From contig OZ024742.1 in assembly GCA_964016885.1 (NCBI GenBank), positions 82,584,001 to 82,648,000 of the forward strand: a DNA stretch of 64,000 nucleotides. The letters are read 5' to 3'. The translations under genes were made by a program, and so were the position numbers. The notes under the pieces are model-generated. The model ran no database searches, was not told where the DNA came from, and worked only from the letters and a program-made list of their open reading frames with translations. Origin of the DNA: Eledone cirrhosa. Taxonomy: Eukaryota. Shown here one piece after another: positions 45,934-62,369 of this stretch (its first letter is position 1; each line of letters starts with the position of its first letter).

Positions 45934-48100
45934 TGTAACTCTTTTGTTCTAGATGTTATACCGACACTATACCAAAAAAGCGAGCTATAGCCAATAGCTA
46001 AATGTCCTTTGGGTAATTCCTTCTCCTTCAACTTTCCAACACCCTACTTAGAATTCTCGCTGTTCCCAGCAAGGCTGCCTAATGCAACAATCATTTTCTG
46101 ATGGTACTTCCTAGCTTGTCAACTAATGCATCCAAACCTTCTACTAACTGCTCCCAGCGCGTCATCCACAATCGCCCCCACTTCTACGTGTCTCATTCTA
46201 ACAGGTTTCTGATTTCTCTCTTCAGTTCCTGGTATTTCTCAATTTTCTCACTTTTATTTTCATTCACCCTGTGATCCCACGGGGACGCAATATTAACAAT
46301 ACATGCCTTGTTATTCGTCTCTACGACAAGAATGTCGCACTGGATGGTCATGTCCCACAAGATCGTATAGTGTTTATTTTCATCCACTCGTTCCGGGTGG
46401 TGTTCTTAACATTTCTCACTTCTGCTCATGTGATACTTATGAACCATCTGACAATGTTGTCGTGCCTTTAATTGTACTCTTTCTCGGAGAGCATCTTACA
46501 TCCACTAATAGCCAAACCTCATCCTATCCTCATATCTGAGGCACGAGATAATGGGCGTATGGACCATCACCTTCCATTTGTTGCTGTCTCTTGTCATTGC
46601 CCTACATTCCGCCAAACTCCTTCCTATCTATTCCTTAATATCATATGCCCAACTTTAATTTTCTTACTCCTGCCATATATATCTTGTTTGCATACAATGC
46701 CAGATTATTTTCTTTACAGCTAATGAGACCTTTCACTATCATGATAGATACAACCTGTCCACGTCACGTTAGGCGTGTAGGTGTCCTTTTAATGTCATCA
46801 TTTTCCTGGTTTATCTATCAAGCTTCTTCAGTTCATCCTTTCTCCGCGCTATCACACCAGCATTGAAACAGTTCATGTGTTGAGAGCCAGTATCTTATTC
46901 CTATCACTTAATTTTATCTTTAACACCAACTCCGTTTACATTCGTTTAATAATACTTCTTTCATTTCCTTCTAAATTATTTGGTTTGTTTCCAGGATGCC
47001 GAAGTACTCATCGTCAATTTTCTACATAACTTGTCCATCTAGTAATTCAATTACTTCCATCTCATTAATTCTACCTCAATTCAGTAGTAGCACCTCACAC
47101 TTTTGTATGTCAAAATTAATTCCTATGTCCATACTGAATGTATAAACTGTCTGGACAAGGGAATCAATATGTCCTCCCCACTCGTAACCAGCCTTTGACC
47201 ATCTGAACACATGCAAATGAACCCATACACAGTAAAAACAGCAAAGTTGAAAGACTGTTTCCCTGAAATATTCCTTTGTTGATCTTCACTATTCCCGATG
47301 TGTATCTACATGATGTCAGCTCAGATTTCCAACCATCAATACCACTCACCACAGACTGTCTAACGTCAGTGCAATACCAAACATTTCAAACATTCTACTA
47401 TCCAACTTTGTGGCACCATGTCGTTAGCCTTGCTATAATCGATGCAGGCCACGGCAAGATTTGAGTGTCTCTTTCTGCATTCTTTAAGAATCGCTTTGTC
47501 AAACATCGATTGATCCTTAGCCCCCCTGTTTCTGCTAGATCCCATCTGCTCGGCAGGTAATTTCTCCACCGGGTATTCATAAATTCCCTCATTGACATTT
47601 GTCCTAAGATTTCACATAAAAGGGAGGCAAGAGAAATGTCTAATGATGTCAATTGCGTTTCTAGTGATGTGTTCCCTCAAATACGACATCACACTACCAA
47701 ATGTTAGCCATTCTAGCAACCTCTCCTCTCCATTCAATATGTTATACAGTTGCTCAGCAATTCTCCCATTCTCCTCGCACACTCTCTCTCTGTCGAGAGT
47801 TTTCCAGCTTGGTATCTTTCTACACTAGGAAGTTACCATATAAGAAGTTATGTGGAATTAACCCTATTGATTATTCCCAAAGTCATTTTAGATGTTTGTC
47901 AGCCACTCCATATTTCTATTCTGCTTTCTTCTTACACTCCAGGTATCACTCCAAAACTTCTAACATTCATCCGAATCAGGGAGTGCATCACCATTTCTCA
48001 CACTGCCATTTACCTCCTGATAGAATTTCTTCTGATTTTGTTGGAAACATACATTCTGCTCATCCTGCGTGATACATTGTCCATACCTCTTGATATTTGA
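45926..48100 (-). mobile_element. Decayed R4/Dong-type non-LTR retrotransposon (RT + restriction-like endonuclease)
   Basis: GAKDQSMFDKAILKECRKRHSNLAVACIDYSKANDMVPQSWI, GIFQGNSLSTLLF, ILWDMTIQCD..IVNIASPWD..EKIEKYQELKREI, AALLGTARIL; stop at 46028; (aat)n tail. Confidence 0.85.
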
Positions 48101-49330
48101 AGGTTTGGTAAAATATATATGTAGCTAGAAATGTTGTGAAATAGGATGAGTGTTTCTGAAATATTACTTGCTGCTGAGAGGGTGGGGTCAGAGGAGAAAC
48201 TGGCATAAAGTATAAAGATCCCATAACTCCTTTTGGAGTCATCTGGCGCGTCTAGGGTACTTTTGGAGTCATCTCCAAATCTGAACACAGTCTATTTTTC
48301 TATAGAGGAAGAATCGACCTCAGTAATGGACACGTACTTTTTTATCAAAAGGATTAAAGGCAAGTTGTCCGGAGAGGGATTTGAGCTCAAAGTGTGCAAT
48401 AAGTTGGGCGAATACCGTAAAACATTCTATCGGACGTCTTAACAGCAGAACTGTGTCTACACAAAACCCGAAAGAGCAACGGTAATCGATATATCCACAT
48501 CGACATCATTTCTATAGACTCAACCGTAGGTGTCATTTCAAGGGAAGAGTTCGCAGAAAAGAAAAGTTATCATCAGTCATGCAGATATATTAAATTGCAT
48601 TTTGATTTCTTACCAACATTGAACAGCAGGGAATGCCAGTGTCATTAGGTCTACGGTAGAAATGCCTGCGGTGTTTAATTACATCCGTTACGTCATAAGC
48701 TCAAATGTTGCTGATGATCTCCCACCGCTCATTTTTAAAAAGCGTTAAAATAAAATACGGATATATTATTCAACGGCTTTTATATTCACTAATTATTTTT
48801 ATTTGTATGTATATGTACGGTCAAGTCTAAAGCCAAAATTAACAAATTAATTTTTTAGACTTCAATAACCGAGATCCATTCTCAGTAGTCCACTAGGCCT
48901 TGTACAATTTCAAACATATATTTTCCAAACATATATTAATGGGTACATTACTAGTATTTGCAATTTATCTGCACGGTGGAAACTAAAATGGCGCTACATT
49001 TTCTAATTTAAAAAGAAATTATATCGAATATTGTACTTCATAAAATCAAGACCATCATATGTTTGAGCATCACTTGCGATCACAGCGATAAAAATAATAT
49101 AGGAATATCTATATAAATAATATCAAAAGACATTTTGATTTCGCCGATTGCAGCTCATTCTCTGTAATTTTCCAGCAATGTCAATGTACGAAAAAGAATG
49201 AATTTCACTTTTAATATACCCCTCGTAAATGATAGCGGCCAAGTGAAATTGGAGCTAATAGGCAATTTTACTGCTATTTTACGTATGTTAAAATCAAGAA
49301 TTTTATTTTATATCTGCATATATATATATA

Positions 49331-49419
<89 letters not shown>

Positions 49420-49524
49420 ATATATACACATACAGAACACACCCACTTACACCGGCACACATACCCATATATATGTATGTATATGTATATATTGATACGA
49501 TATTTATATAGGTGTGTGTGTGTG

Positions 49525-49567
<43 letters not shown>

Positions 49568-49774
49568 TGTGTGTGCGCGCGTGTGTGTGTGTGTGTGTAA
49601 GTATGTATATACATTGCATATCTCTCTACCCACTCTGCATCTCCCCAGGCATTGACTGCTCCCATGAATAGTGGCCTCCGCAGTCTCAGCACTGCCGGCT
49701 CGAACAAAATTATATATATTATAAAAATGTTATATATATTATATATATGTGTGTATATATTATATATATGTATA

Positions 49775-49872
<98 letters not shown>

Positions 49873-49929
49873 TATTAAGACCAGTTATTACATTATACTA
49901 ATCAGATGGCGTGTTTCCCCTTTGGCAAA

Positions 49930-50680
49930 AAGAATCCTGCGTTAAATGATCGCCGACTGATTAACAATCGTGAATCCTTCAACAACCCATGTCATAACCC
50001 TCTATTGAACAACCTCATAAACTAAATTATGAACAGGACTAGGGAAATACAATTTAGAAATACAAGTCAGATTTCCACAACCAGATTGATTGTATAATTG
50101 CAAACCGCCAAGATGAGTATAAGGTGGGCCCACATACCTTCGGATAAACCCAAAGATTTTTGTCACATGAGCACAGATAAGTATAAAAATCCATACGGAA
50201 AGAATTAAGGTAAAACTACAAGGAAAGCAAGCACTGCCAATGCTCTTAAATAAATAAATCATCACACATCTATTATTATGCACCAAATTAATATTGACTA
50301 TCGTACCGAGCCATTTTAACTCAAATACCTCGAAACGATAACCAAAATTCCCAGAATACCCCAACAATAAGGCTGATGAGCTCGTCAAATTCTGACATCG
50401 GTCCAATAAGTATGATTTTACGTCAATCTCTGGTTGAACACCCAAGCAATCAATTGGCTTCTTAGCCTATAAGACAGACAAATTCACGAATTCTCTGCAG
50501 CTAGAAATTGACAGTTATATTTCTTCTATCTCGCCTGTACAATTGTTTGGTAATAACCCACATTCTAAGAAAAGCTACATTACATTCAACAGAATTGTAA
50601 CGACCCCTGTAATGCTGTCAATGAATTAGGGAAAAGTTATTTTCCTCAGATTTCCAGACATGTAACTAATGAAGACTTTG
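49930..50680 (-). mobile_element. Possible highly decayed CR1/L2-like LINE RT fragment
   Basis: Weak motifs KWLGTIVNINL and TKIFGFIRR in ORF 50002-50445. Confidence 0.35.
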
Positions 50681-51371
50681 TTCATGATTACACCTCGTAT
50701 GAAAGCGTGATACTAAATTGGAGGTGATATAAGGGGATAATACATATATTTCAAGGTTTATTAATAATTTACTATTGAAATAGTACAAATTATAGGCTCA
50801 CTTAAACATAACATCTCCCCTCCTACAGAATTTTACATTGGAAAATACTAATCCTAACGTAAGTAAAACCATTGATAAACAATATAAGTGCGAATTCCTG
50901 AAAGATAACCAACTGAAGGCGTAAAGCGAAATCTGCGGTTGGAGTAGGTTTCTAGGGAGAAATAGTATGACTTGGTGGTGGAGCAGTGAAGTGGAGGAGA
51001 AAAAATAAGGCCAAATGTCAGTCATGGAAAGAATGGCAGAATGGAGGAAGTAGTGAGCACTAATGGGATTCTTGTAGAGAAATTATGTGACAGATATACA
51101 TTGCAAGAAGGGAAGTAAAGAATAAGAAATTTATTATAATATATATATATATATATATACATTATGAAGAGAGAAGAAACATTTAGATATAATTAGTAAT
51201 AAAATGTATCATACCTAAATATATGGAAAGTTATATTTAAATTGTTGGGTTACAACTAGTAAATATTTATAACTGATATAAAAGCACTCGACAAGTATTT
51301 GGAGTATATTTACAAGTCGAAGTTGTTACGGTATGTCGAATCTATTTATATATAAAACTGTTTATATTGTA

Positions 51372-51433
51372 TTTTGTCTGAGGAAGGCATAGCATATTGT
51401 TAATATGATATCCCTGAAATATATATAATGAAA
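51372..51433 (+). ncRNA. Minimal type I HHR
   Basis: ttttgt-ctgagga-agg...cct-gaaa-tatata-ta-atgaaa. Confidence 0.6.
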
Positions 51434-51472
51434 TAAATATGGTTTTATAAATATAGTTTCCATTTATTTAAT

Positions 51473-51558
<86 letters not shown>

Positions 51559-51568
51559 AATATATATG

Positions 51569-51719
<151 letters not shown>

Positions 51720-51744
51720 ATATATATATATATATGTTTATATA

Positions 51745-52483
51745 TGATGTGTCTCAGACGGATCCATGGCGTTCAATGGAGGGACCACATCAGTGTTGTC
51801 GAGATTTTGGAAAGCTCTGTGTGTGACAGTATAGAAGCTTTTGGGCTTAAGCAACGACTCCGTTGGAGTGGTCACCTTGCCAGGATGAAGGATTCTAGAA
51901 TACCAAAACAACTCTTTTATGGAGATTGGTTAAAGGAAAACGACCGCCACATAAACCAAAAACGAGGTATAAGTATTCCTTGAAAGCCTCTCTGAAAGAC
52001 GCTAACATCTCTGCTGATACATGGGAAAATATTGCTGCTGATCGTAATAAATGGAGAAAGATTGTATATGAGGGAAAAGTTGCCTTTGAGGCATCTCGAA
52101 TCGCATACGAGAAAGTAAAGCGGGATGTGAGGAAGGGCATTGCTGTTTCACTTCCAGACGGCGAAGGTCCTCCTACGGTGCTGACATGCAGCGTCTGTGC
52201 GAGACTCTGCCTAAGCAAAGCTGGACTCGAAAGTCATCTTCGCAGTCATAAAGTAAGACCAGTGGTTGACTACCAGGCTGCTGTTGGAGATGCTACTCAT
52301 CATGCTTGCCAAACATGTGGTAGAGAATGTAAATCAGCAGGAGGGCTCAAGCGACATGCAAAGGTACACGAACTCCAACCACAGCCGACTATTCCCAGTG
52401 AATTTGTTTGGTTGCCGACTCTGTGCAAGACATTTTAGATCATTGGCTGGGCTAAAAAGCCACATTCGATCGCAGCGCTGTTA
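51745..52483 (+). mobile_element. RTE-clade LINE 3' fragment with three C2H2-type zinc fingers
   Basis: [73 protein letters not shown]. Confidence 0.85.
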
Positions 52484-52681
52484 GTTGCTATCGTATGTGT
52501 GTGTGTGTGTGTAGATATGTTTGTGCGTGTGCGTGTGTGTGTATATATATATATATGGATATGTATATTATTATTGTTGTTGCTGTCGTTATTATTATTG
52601 TTGTTATTATTATTATTATTATTAATGTATATGTGTGTGTGTATATATGTGTGTGTGTATGTATGTATATGTATGTATATG

Positions 52682-52744
<63 letters not shown>

Positions 52745-52859
52745 ATTATTTTTTTTTTATTCATTTATTAATTTTATTTTATTTTTATTTTTATTTATTT
52801 ATATTTTTTTTCTCCTCGTGCAATGGCCATACTCGATAACGAGGGGGCAGCCATCATAT

Positions 52860-55500
<2,641 letters not shown>

Positions 55501-55964
55501 ATACGCGGATATTTTACGTCTTGATGTGGTTGCTAAGTATATGTTATGTTTATATCTTTACTTATTTGTATAGGTAAGTATATATTACCTGTATGTTTTA
55601 TGAAGGTACGTATACTTCCTTGTACGTATATTTGATCGTATCTGTTATGGCGTATATATTATATATTCTGGTACATATGCTTTTGGTTGTGTGTATACGT
55701 GAGTTTTGCATATGTGTGAGTATGCGGGTTCGTACGTATGTAGAGTGTGTATATATGCGTACTTCGTGTTTTGGTTGGTTGACGTACGTCTGCGAGCATA
55801 TGTGTATTTACATGTAGGTATGTGTGTGCGCTTGTTCTATACGTATTTATATATATACGTTTATTAAATTATATGTATACACGCACACACACATATATAT
55901 ATATTAATATATATATTTTTATATAGAAATCACATGAATCAAAGTTCTGTTCAAACCATTTATT

Positions 55965-56011
55965 AGCTTACAATTGTTTCCACCAAACCGAGGTTTGGAA
56001 TCTTCGGAGCA
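55965..56011 (-). ncRNA. Type I HHR-like motif (core cCgaaga)
   Basis: Minus strand gct-ccgaaga-ttccaaacc-tc-ggtttggtg-gaaa-caattg-ta-agc. Confidence 0.6.
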
Positions 56012-57903
56012 ATGATTGTTTACATACATGACCATCTTTCCAACACAAGAGACGTACAGAAATATATGTATATATCGATGGTAATAAGTATGGTAATATG
56101 TATGGTAATATGTATATATCGATGGTAATAAGGTAGTAATAAATTACTGTCTTTCACTGTTTAGGGTTTAAAATATATATAACTATAAAAAGTTTTAGTA
56201 TATACATAACCATAAATAGTATCCTTAATCCTATATTTTTATATATATTTTTTATGTGTATTTGGTGTATACATTCGTATGCGTGCGGGTATGAGCGTTG
56301 CCTGGGTTCTGTATGTGCGTGTGGGTTTGTTTTTGTTTTTTTCTGTACGTGCGTCTCTATGAACCACCAAATAGAATATTAGTCTACGACTTCTTTTATA
56401 CCATAAACGTGGTTTTGTCTTTGCGTGTAATTGTTTTTCTCCGCTCCAAATAATGACGTATTATATTCGTGTGTTCCCGTTCTTTGCCAGGGAACTTTTC
56501 CACGAACAAAACTATCGTCTTCCTGTCTTCTTCCGGTTGCAACGTTTTTTGAAATATTCACTTCTGCGTTCACAGATTGACTTTGTTAGTTTCAGAAGAT
56601 AACGTTAAGGATGAAAGCAGCGATTCTTTGCTTAAACTTTAATCTGTTATTTTAATATATATATTTAAAAGAATAGAGGTGTAACACACGAGATGTGATA
56701 TATTAGTAAAAGGAAAAGAAAATGCTGACAAATTTTTCCCAGTGAAAAATAGTTTAATTAGGAATAAGTAAAAATTAGTAATAAGTATTGGTTAGTATTC
56801 AATTTTAGTTTTAAGTTTTTACCGGTTGCGCATTTCTAATGCTTTTCAAAAATAATTTTGAGATAGAGCGCCCGTGATGTTTGCTCTAATCTGATCAGTT
56901 TGGGAAATTCTACCTGTTTTATGTGAAAAAAGTGGCTCCAGAGGTATTAAGATTTGGTTGGTTGTTGAATGTCACGTGAATGAGTACTATAAGTTTCGCG
57001 CCAATTCGTGTTGCAAAAATTCTTGTAGTCAAAACAATTTTGATTGGTCGGTAGAGGTGACGTGAATGTTAAAAATTGATTTTGCGCCAAATGTAGGTTT
57101 GTCGAAGAGTGTCCTTTTTCGCCTGATTGAGAAGTCACTGAACAATAAGTCCGTTAAGACAAATATGTGTGTGTGTGTTTATGTGTGTGTGGGGGGGTGT
57201 AAGTGTGTGTGTGTAGCAGAGTGATTCGTGGTAGAGGGTTTCGGTCAGTAGGAATGTGTCTGTACGTGTGTGGGGGATATTTTAATATGTTGAAAGATAT
57301 TTTTCAGCTCTTGTCTTATACGGATAAGTGTGTGTGTGTGTGTGTGTGTGTGAGTGTTTGTGTATATATCTATGTTTGTATGTTAGTGTACGCGTGTGTA
57401 TGTGTGTGTATATGTGTGTATGTGTGTGTGTCGGTTGACCAGTATTTTTGTGATACTGGTAAAAATGGTGTATATTATTCGATATTTTCGGTAATTTGCA
57501 AAAACGATTCTCTCAAAGGAACATCAAAAACATTAATAACAAAAGGGGTGATATGATATATAGTATTGTCATAACACGAAGATGTGTGTGAGTGTCCATA
57601 TTGTACGTACTGCAAGGGGAATCCATTAGGCCCTGCCGTATGGGAATACTTGTGTACAAATATGTATGTGCCCATCAGTGTGCAATGCATGTGTGCGTAT
57701 ATGTATGTGTGTGTGTCAGCACGTTTATATCTATAGACATCAAAAGGTATGCAAATTTGTGTATATTTGTGTTGCACCAAGTACATGTGTGTTTACGTAT
57801 GTCATTGTGTTTATATGTGTATAGAGATGTATGTAGGATGTATGCTGATGTAGGTATGTATGTTGACGTGTGTATGTTGTGGTTTCGTCTTAGGTAGAAG
57901 TGT

Positions 57904-58560
57904 TTAGACGGGGTCCGTATTTGTTAATAAAGTGAGATTCCTTGCTGATGCGCTGGGTGTGGGTGGCATTATCTTTAAATTTGTAGAGGGGAAAGATTCT
58001 AGATTGGGATGATTTTGGGCGGCACAGGTATTAATGTGTTCACTCAGTGACATTTTCCTGTATTCCCGTATTTTAATTTGGGATCTATGGGCAGTCATGC
58101 GTTAGCGGATGCTGTGTTTGGTCTGGCCTATGTATTGTTCTCGACAACCTGAGCAAGTTAATACATATATTAGATTTTCTGATGCGCATGTGAAATTGTG
58201 TTTTACTATAAAACGTTGTCCTTCTTTGAAATAGAATTCCGAACCCTCTATTAGGTTGATGCATATAACACAGTTGGGTCTATCGCATATTTTTACAGTG
58301 GGTTTCGTTGATGTGGTTGGCAGTACTTTGGCATGTGTTAGGATATTTTTCATTGACTTAGATTTTCTTTTGCTCTTTATGATATCGTGTGTTCGAAGTA
58401 TTTAGTTCATTCTATGGTCCTTTTTTAACACAGGGATGTTCTAGAGGATGGTGTCAAAGGCCTCATTGTTGAGGGGGTATTGTGTGGAGATGTATGGAAG
58501 AGCTTTTAGTTTCGGTTGATTTACTTGGTGTTGGGAATATTTAGGACGCAACCGTCTTTT
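57904..58560 (-). mobile_element. PLE 3' fragment, Neptune-like Cys-rich linker + GIY-YIG endonuclease
   Basis: CDRPNCVIC..FTCASENLIYVLTCSGCREQYIGQT..R*RMTAHRSQI..LSEHI; starts beside (TA)n. Confidence 0.8.
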
Positions 58561-58588
58561 CTCATTGATATATATATATATATATATA

Positions 58589-58619
<31 letters not shown>

Positions 58620-58620
58620 T

Positions 58621-58730
<110 letters not shown>

Positions 58731-58735
58731 TATAC

Positions 58736-58780
<45 letters not shown>

Positions 58781-58801
58781 TATACATATATATATTTTAT
58801 A

Positions 58802-58836
<35 letters not shown>

Positions 58837-58931
58837 CAATCAGAAAAGACGGTCACGTCCTAAATATTCCGAACATGTTCGAAGTTAATCGGTAGTAAAT
58901 CAAATGACCTTTATTTTTATATTGTTTGAAA

Positions 58932-59152
58932 GGGCGGTGGATTGGCAGTACCGATAGAGTCGGACACCATGCTTTGCACCATAGCGTTACTGTCCTTTAC
59001 GGTCTGAGTTCAATCCCACCGAGGTTAACGTTGCCTTTCTTCCTTACGGGGGTCGATAAAATAAAGGACCAGTAATGTACTGGAGTCGATTTAATAGACT
59101 TTTCTCTTCCCCCAAATTACCGGCCTTGTGCCTATACTAGAAATCATTATTA
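58932..59152 (+). mobile_element. SINE (longer 3' variant)
   Basis: Same head and core plus extra ggagtcgatttaatagact..ccccaaatt segment before the tail. Confidence 0.85.
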
Positions 59153-59599
59153 TATTGTATGTTGAAATACTATACATACTTTAAGTGCGAACGTATATAG
59201 ACTATGATTCTCGGTAGAAATGTATCCAATATATTTATGTTGACTGCCAAATTCACAACTCCATCTTTCCCTTGTTCATAAACAAGATTTTTGATCGATT
59301 GCAACGCAAATTATTATATTCTTTTCACTTTCCGATGGTAGCTGATACTGGCTACGTATGTTCAATGTTTCCTTAACAAAATTGTGTAGGTATCGAACCA
59401 TCGGTTGGGAGAGAGAATCAACATTCTGATATTCAGCTGTACTGCCCAGGAGGACAGTACAAGTGGGAATGGGGATACTCTAAAGTCTCTGGCTTTCGAA
59501 TCTGTCATGCAATAGAAAGGATCAGGATACGAAAAAGGCGGCTTATTAGATTTGGCTTAGAAATCACTTTTCCTCATTAAACCCGCTGTAAAAGCAGGC

Positions 59600-60750
59600 T
59601 TTATACGTTGCGACGGTGACAGTAAAGGCATCCAAGTCTAACCACTCCGAAGCTGAAGTCAAAAGAGAAATGAAAGACCTCAAAAGTGGCAAGCCCTCAC
59701 TGCTGGATGAATTCCGCTTCTGTGATTAGAAGAAAAAAGAACTTCGATGCAGTTGGGTACCAGTGTTTATGAATGTCACTACATCAATGACAATTGTTAG
59801 TAATAATCCCTCTTTTCAAAAAGGAGACAAGACAGTTGCGCTAATTATAGAATAAAAACCTGGTTAAATTTCCTCACTAAATTCCATGCTAAAAGTTGAG
59901 AAGGAGTTGATGGGATATTCCCCAGTTGAAGTGAGCATTTTCACCGGACATAATACTGTCAACGAAATATCCACTGTGTCGTACGACATTAAATATTATT
60001 TGTTGTATGTTCATGGACCACGATGATGCATATGTCTGCGTTCCACGCAACGTAATATGGAATGTTTCTGCCCTAATATCGGATCGTTGAACATATTCTT
60101 GATACCATAAAGATCTTATTCGCATGAAATGTGTTCGAATAAATTGTGTTAAGACGACATCGTTCAATGTGAGTAGCAAAGTCCGACACGTTCTTAATAT
60201 TAATTAATATAGTTAGTATACCAAGCTGTGTTGGAATTTGTATCATATCGGCGGGTGAAGGATCAGTGGCTTAGAATTTATAGACGATATTGTGTTAGTA
60301 ACGGGTCGAATGGATTTCCGACATGCACTGAATAGTTTTGCTGCTGAACGCATCCGGTCAGGAATGGAAATCGTTTTTTCGAAGACTGGGGCAATTGTCC
60401 AATCCAGAAAGTCTGCGTAGTGAACACTGCATGGTAGTGGAGTCACACTGAAGCAGTTGGAAAGTTCAAGTATCGCATTGTTGTTTACATGAGGGGAGGC
60501 AGAAAGGAAGATCAATTAAATGCAAGAATTTTGTGGTGGTAAAATAATATGCCAGCTTCAGTACTGAATCAGCAATTAAAGGGTGGTAGTTCAAAAAGTC
60601 AAACTCACTATCTTCAATTCGGAATTCGTGCCTATGATCATGTATATAAGTATTCGGTCACAAGCGGAAGAATTGGGGTAGAACATATGCTCGATGTGTG
60701 GGTAATAACCATATAATTTGATAGGCGTAGCTTTAAATGGGAGCCTCTTC
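59600..60750 (+). mobile_element. Highly decayed RTE-like RT
   Basis: EAEVKREMKDLKSGK..DE, IIPLFKK, LEFIDDIV, KQLESFK-like motifs across broken frames. Confidence 0.6.
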
Positions 60751-61159
60751 AAGGAATGTCTGAAAACTCATCCCGACATGATCCTCCCAGTTATACGTTG
60801 GCAAATGTGTAGTTATTTTACGCGTATCTTTGCCGAAGGAGCTTATGTTTTCACATTTATATTGTAGAACGTGTATGACGTACCTCTGTTTGGATGTTAT
60901 GCACGTCCAACCTGAATGGTACAGCTTTCTTGAGTATCACATATGTTTAACTATAATGTCGAAAGCGAAGGAAATGTATAACTTGTGTCTGTAAAATATG
61001 GTTTACATAATAAAAACTGTTTTATTGTAAAAACGCAGTTGTCTTTTGTGGTTATGAAAACGGAAAAGAAAGGGAAAGAAAAATTCTCAAGGCTCATAGA
61101 AGAATGGGAGAGAGAATGGGGGTGATGGTATTTAGGCCCAAAGTGCGGCGGTGGGGGGC

Positions 61160-61570
61160 TGCGCCCAGCGGACAAGACAGTAAAAGCATACCTACGGTCA
61201 ACGGCCAGTGACAAGCTACAACAGCCACCCCTCCTCGCGGCACTCCTGCTTCATGCGTTCCTATCTTGCAGAGATGGTCAGCAGTATGGGATCCAAGTCG
61301 ACCTGATGATTCACGGGCCACTGTTGCGTAGGAGAAGCGACCGAACAATCCCCAATATTTGTTTGTCTACCTTTCATCTACATTGCGGGTCGCTGTAACA
61401 TGGTTTTTGAGTGAACCGAATAAGGTGGATGAGAAAAACGTGTCACAACATGTAGCGTCCCAGATGGGGGAACTACCTCCTCGAATGGGACGAGGGTAAT
61501 TCTATCAGTTTGCTTGCTGTTTCCGCGGTCGGAGCCTGGTGCCTCCTGTTCAAACTGAAAATATTGGCTC
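61160..61570 (-). mobile_element. CRE-like non-LTR retrotransposon restriction-like endonuclease fragment
   Basis: PGSDRGNSKQTDRITLVPF, WDATCCDTF, VARESSGRLG, SLAVDRRYAFTVL resemble RPDG..PW..WD.TC.DT / ET.G..G / LS.A.QRGNA. Confidence 0.6.
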
Positions 61571-62328
61571 ACTTAGTTGTTGAAAAATACCGAAATTGGC
61601 GAGACGCTAATTGACGTACACAAGTAAAGTAGAATCTAATAGGAAATGTAGTTTTGAGATTTCTACAAGAGTTGTAAATGTGAATGTATGATTGGTGTTT
61701 ACACGTAATAATAGATTTTTTTTTATATACGTTAACAGATTCATTTCATTTTATGGCAGTGCGTATATGCGACCAAAAACGTAGATCTTTGGGAGTTGTT
61801 TGGGTTGAGATCATAAACAGTAAGCACCAGCATATCAAAGAAGATGATTTCAGACATGATGTATGAGTCAGACGCTAATCACAGTTACTGCTAAATAACT
61901 TAATGACGAGTTTTATTCAATCACATATAAATTTAGAAGTTTGTCTGGACACATTAATGTGAAGTGTGATAAGTAGAGAAACGTGATAAAGAACAAAAAC
62001 TTAACGGATGTGTTTGCCAGATTTCTAGGGAGGCAGTGTGTTAAGTGATATTGGAAGGTATAATATGGACATAGTCAGGTGATCGCACTAAAAGGTATAG
62101 AGTATTGAAGACAGAAAAGGTGTAGAATATGGGGTATAACCAATTCTCATGGTTGTATTAAATAAAATATATATCATATTACGTCATAGACTAATTGGGT
62201 TGATTTTATATATACGATATTGCAGAGGTGATAAGAAAACTTTACATGAGGCAATAGAGTTTGAAGTAAGCGCTTAGACAAATAGAAACACACACATGCA
62301 TATATATATATATATATATAAATGCATG

Positions 62329-62354
<26 letters not shown>

Positions 62355-62369
<15 letters not shown>

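Noticed and set aside
50372-50520. ctgatgagctc as an HHR start
   Set aside because: No matching stem II partner or GAAA-stem III found
51926-52438. Host C2H2 zinc-finger gene
   Set aside because: Contiguous with RTE RT C-terminal motifs and frameshifted
55598-55640. ATGA..stem..TGAT hairpin as a SECIS for PLE3
   Set aside because: Short stem, no apical AA, low-complexity context
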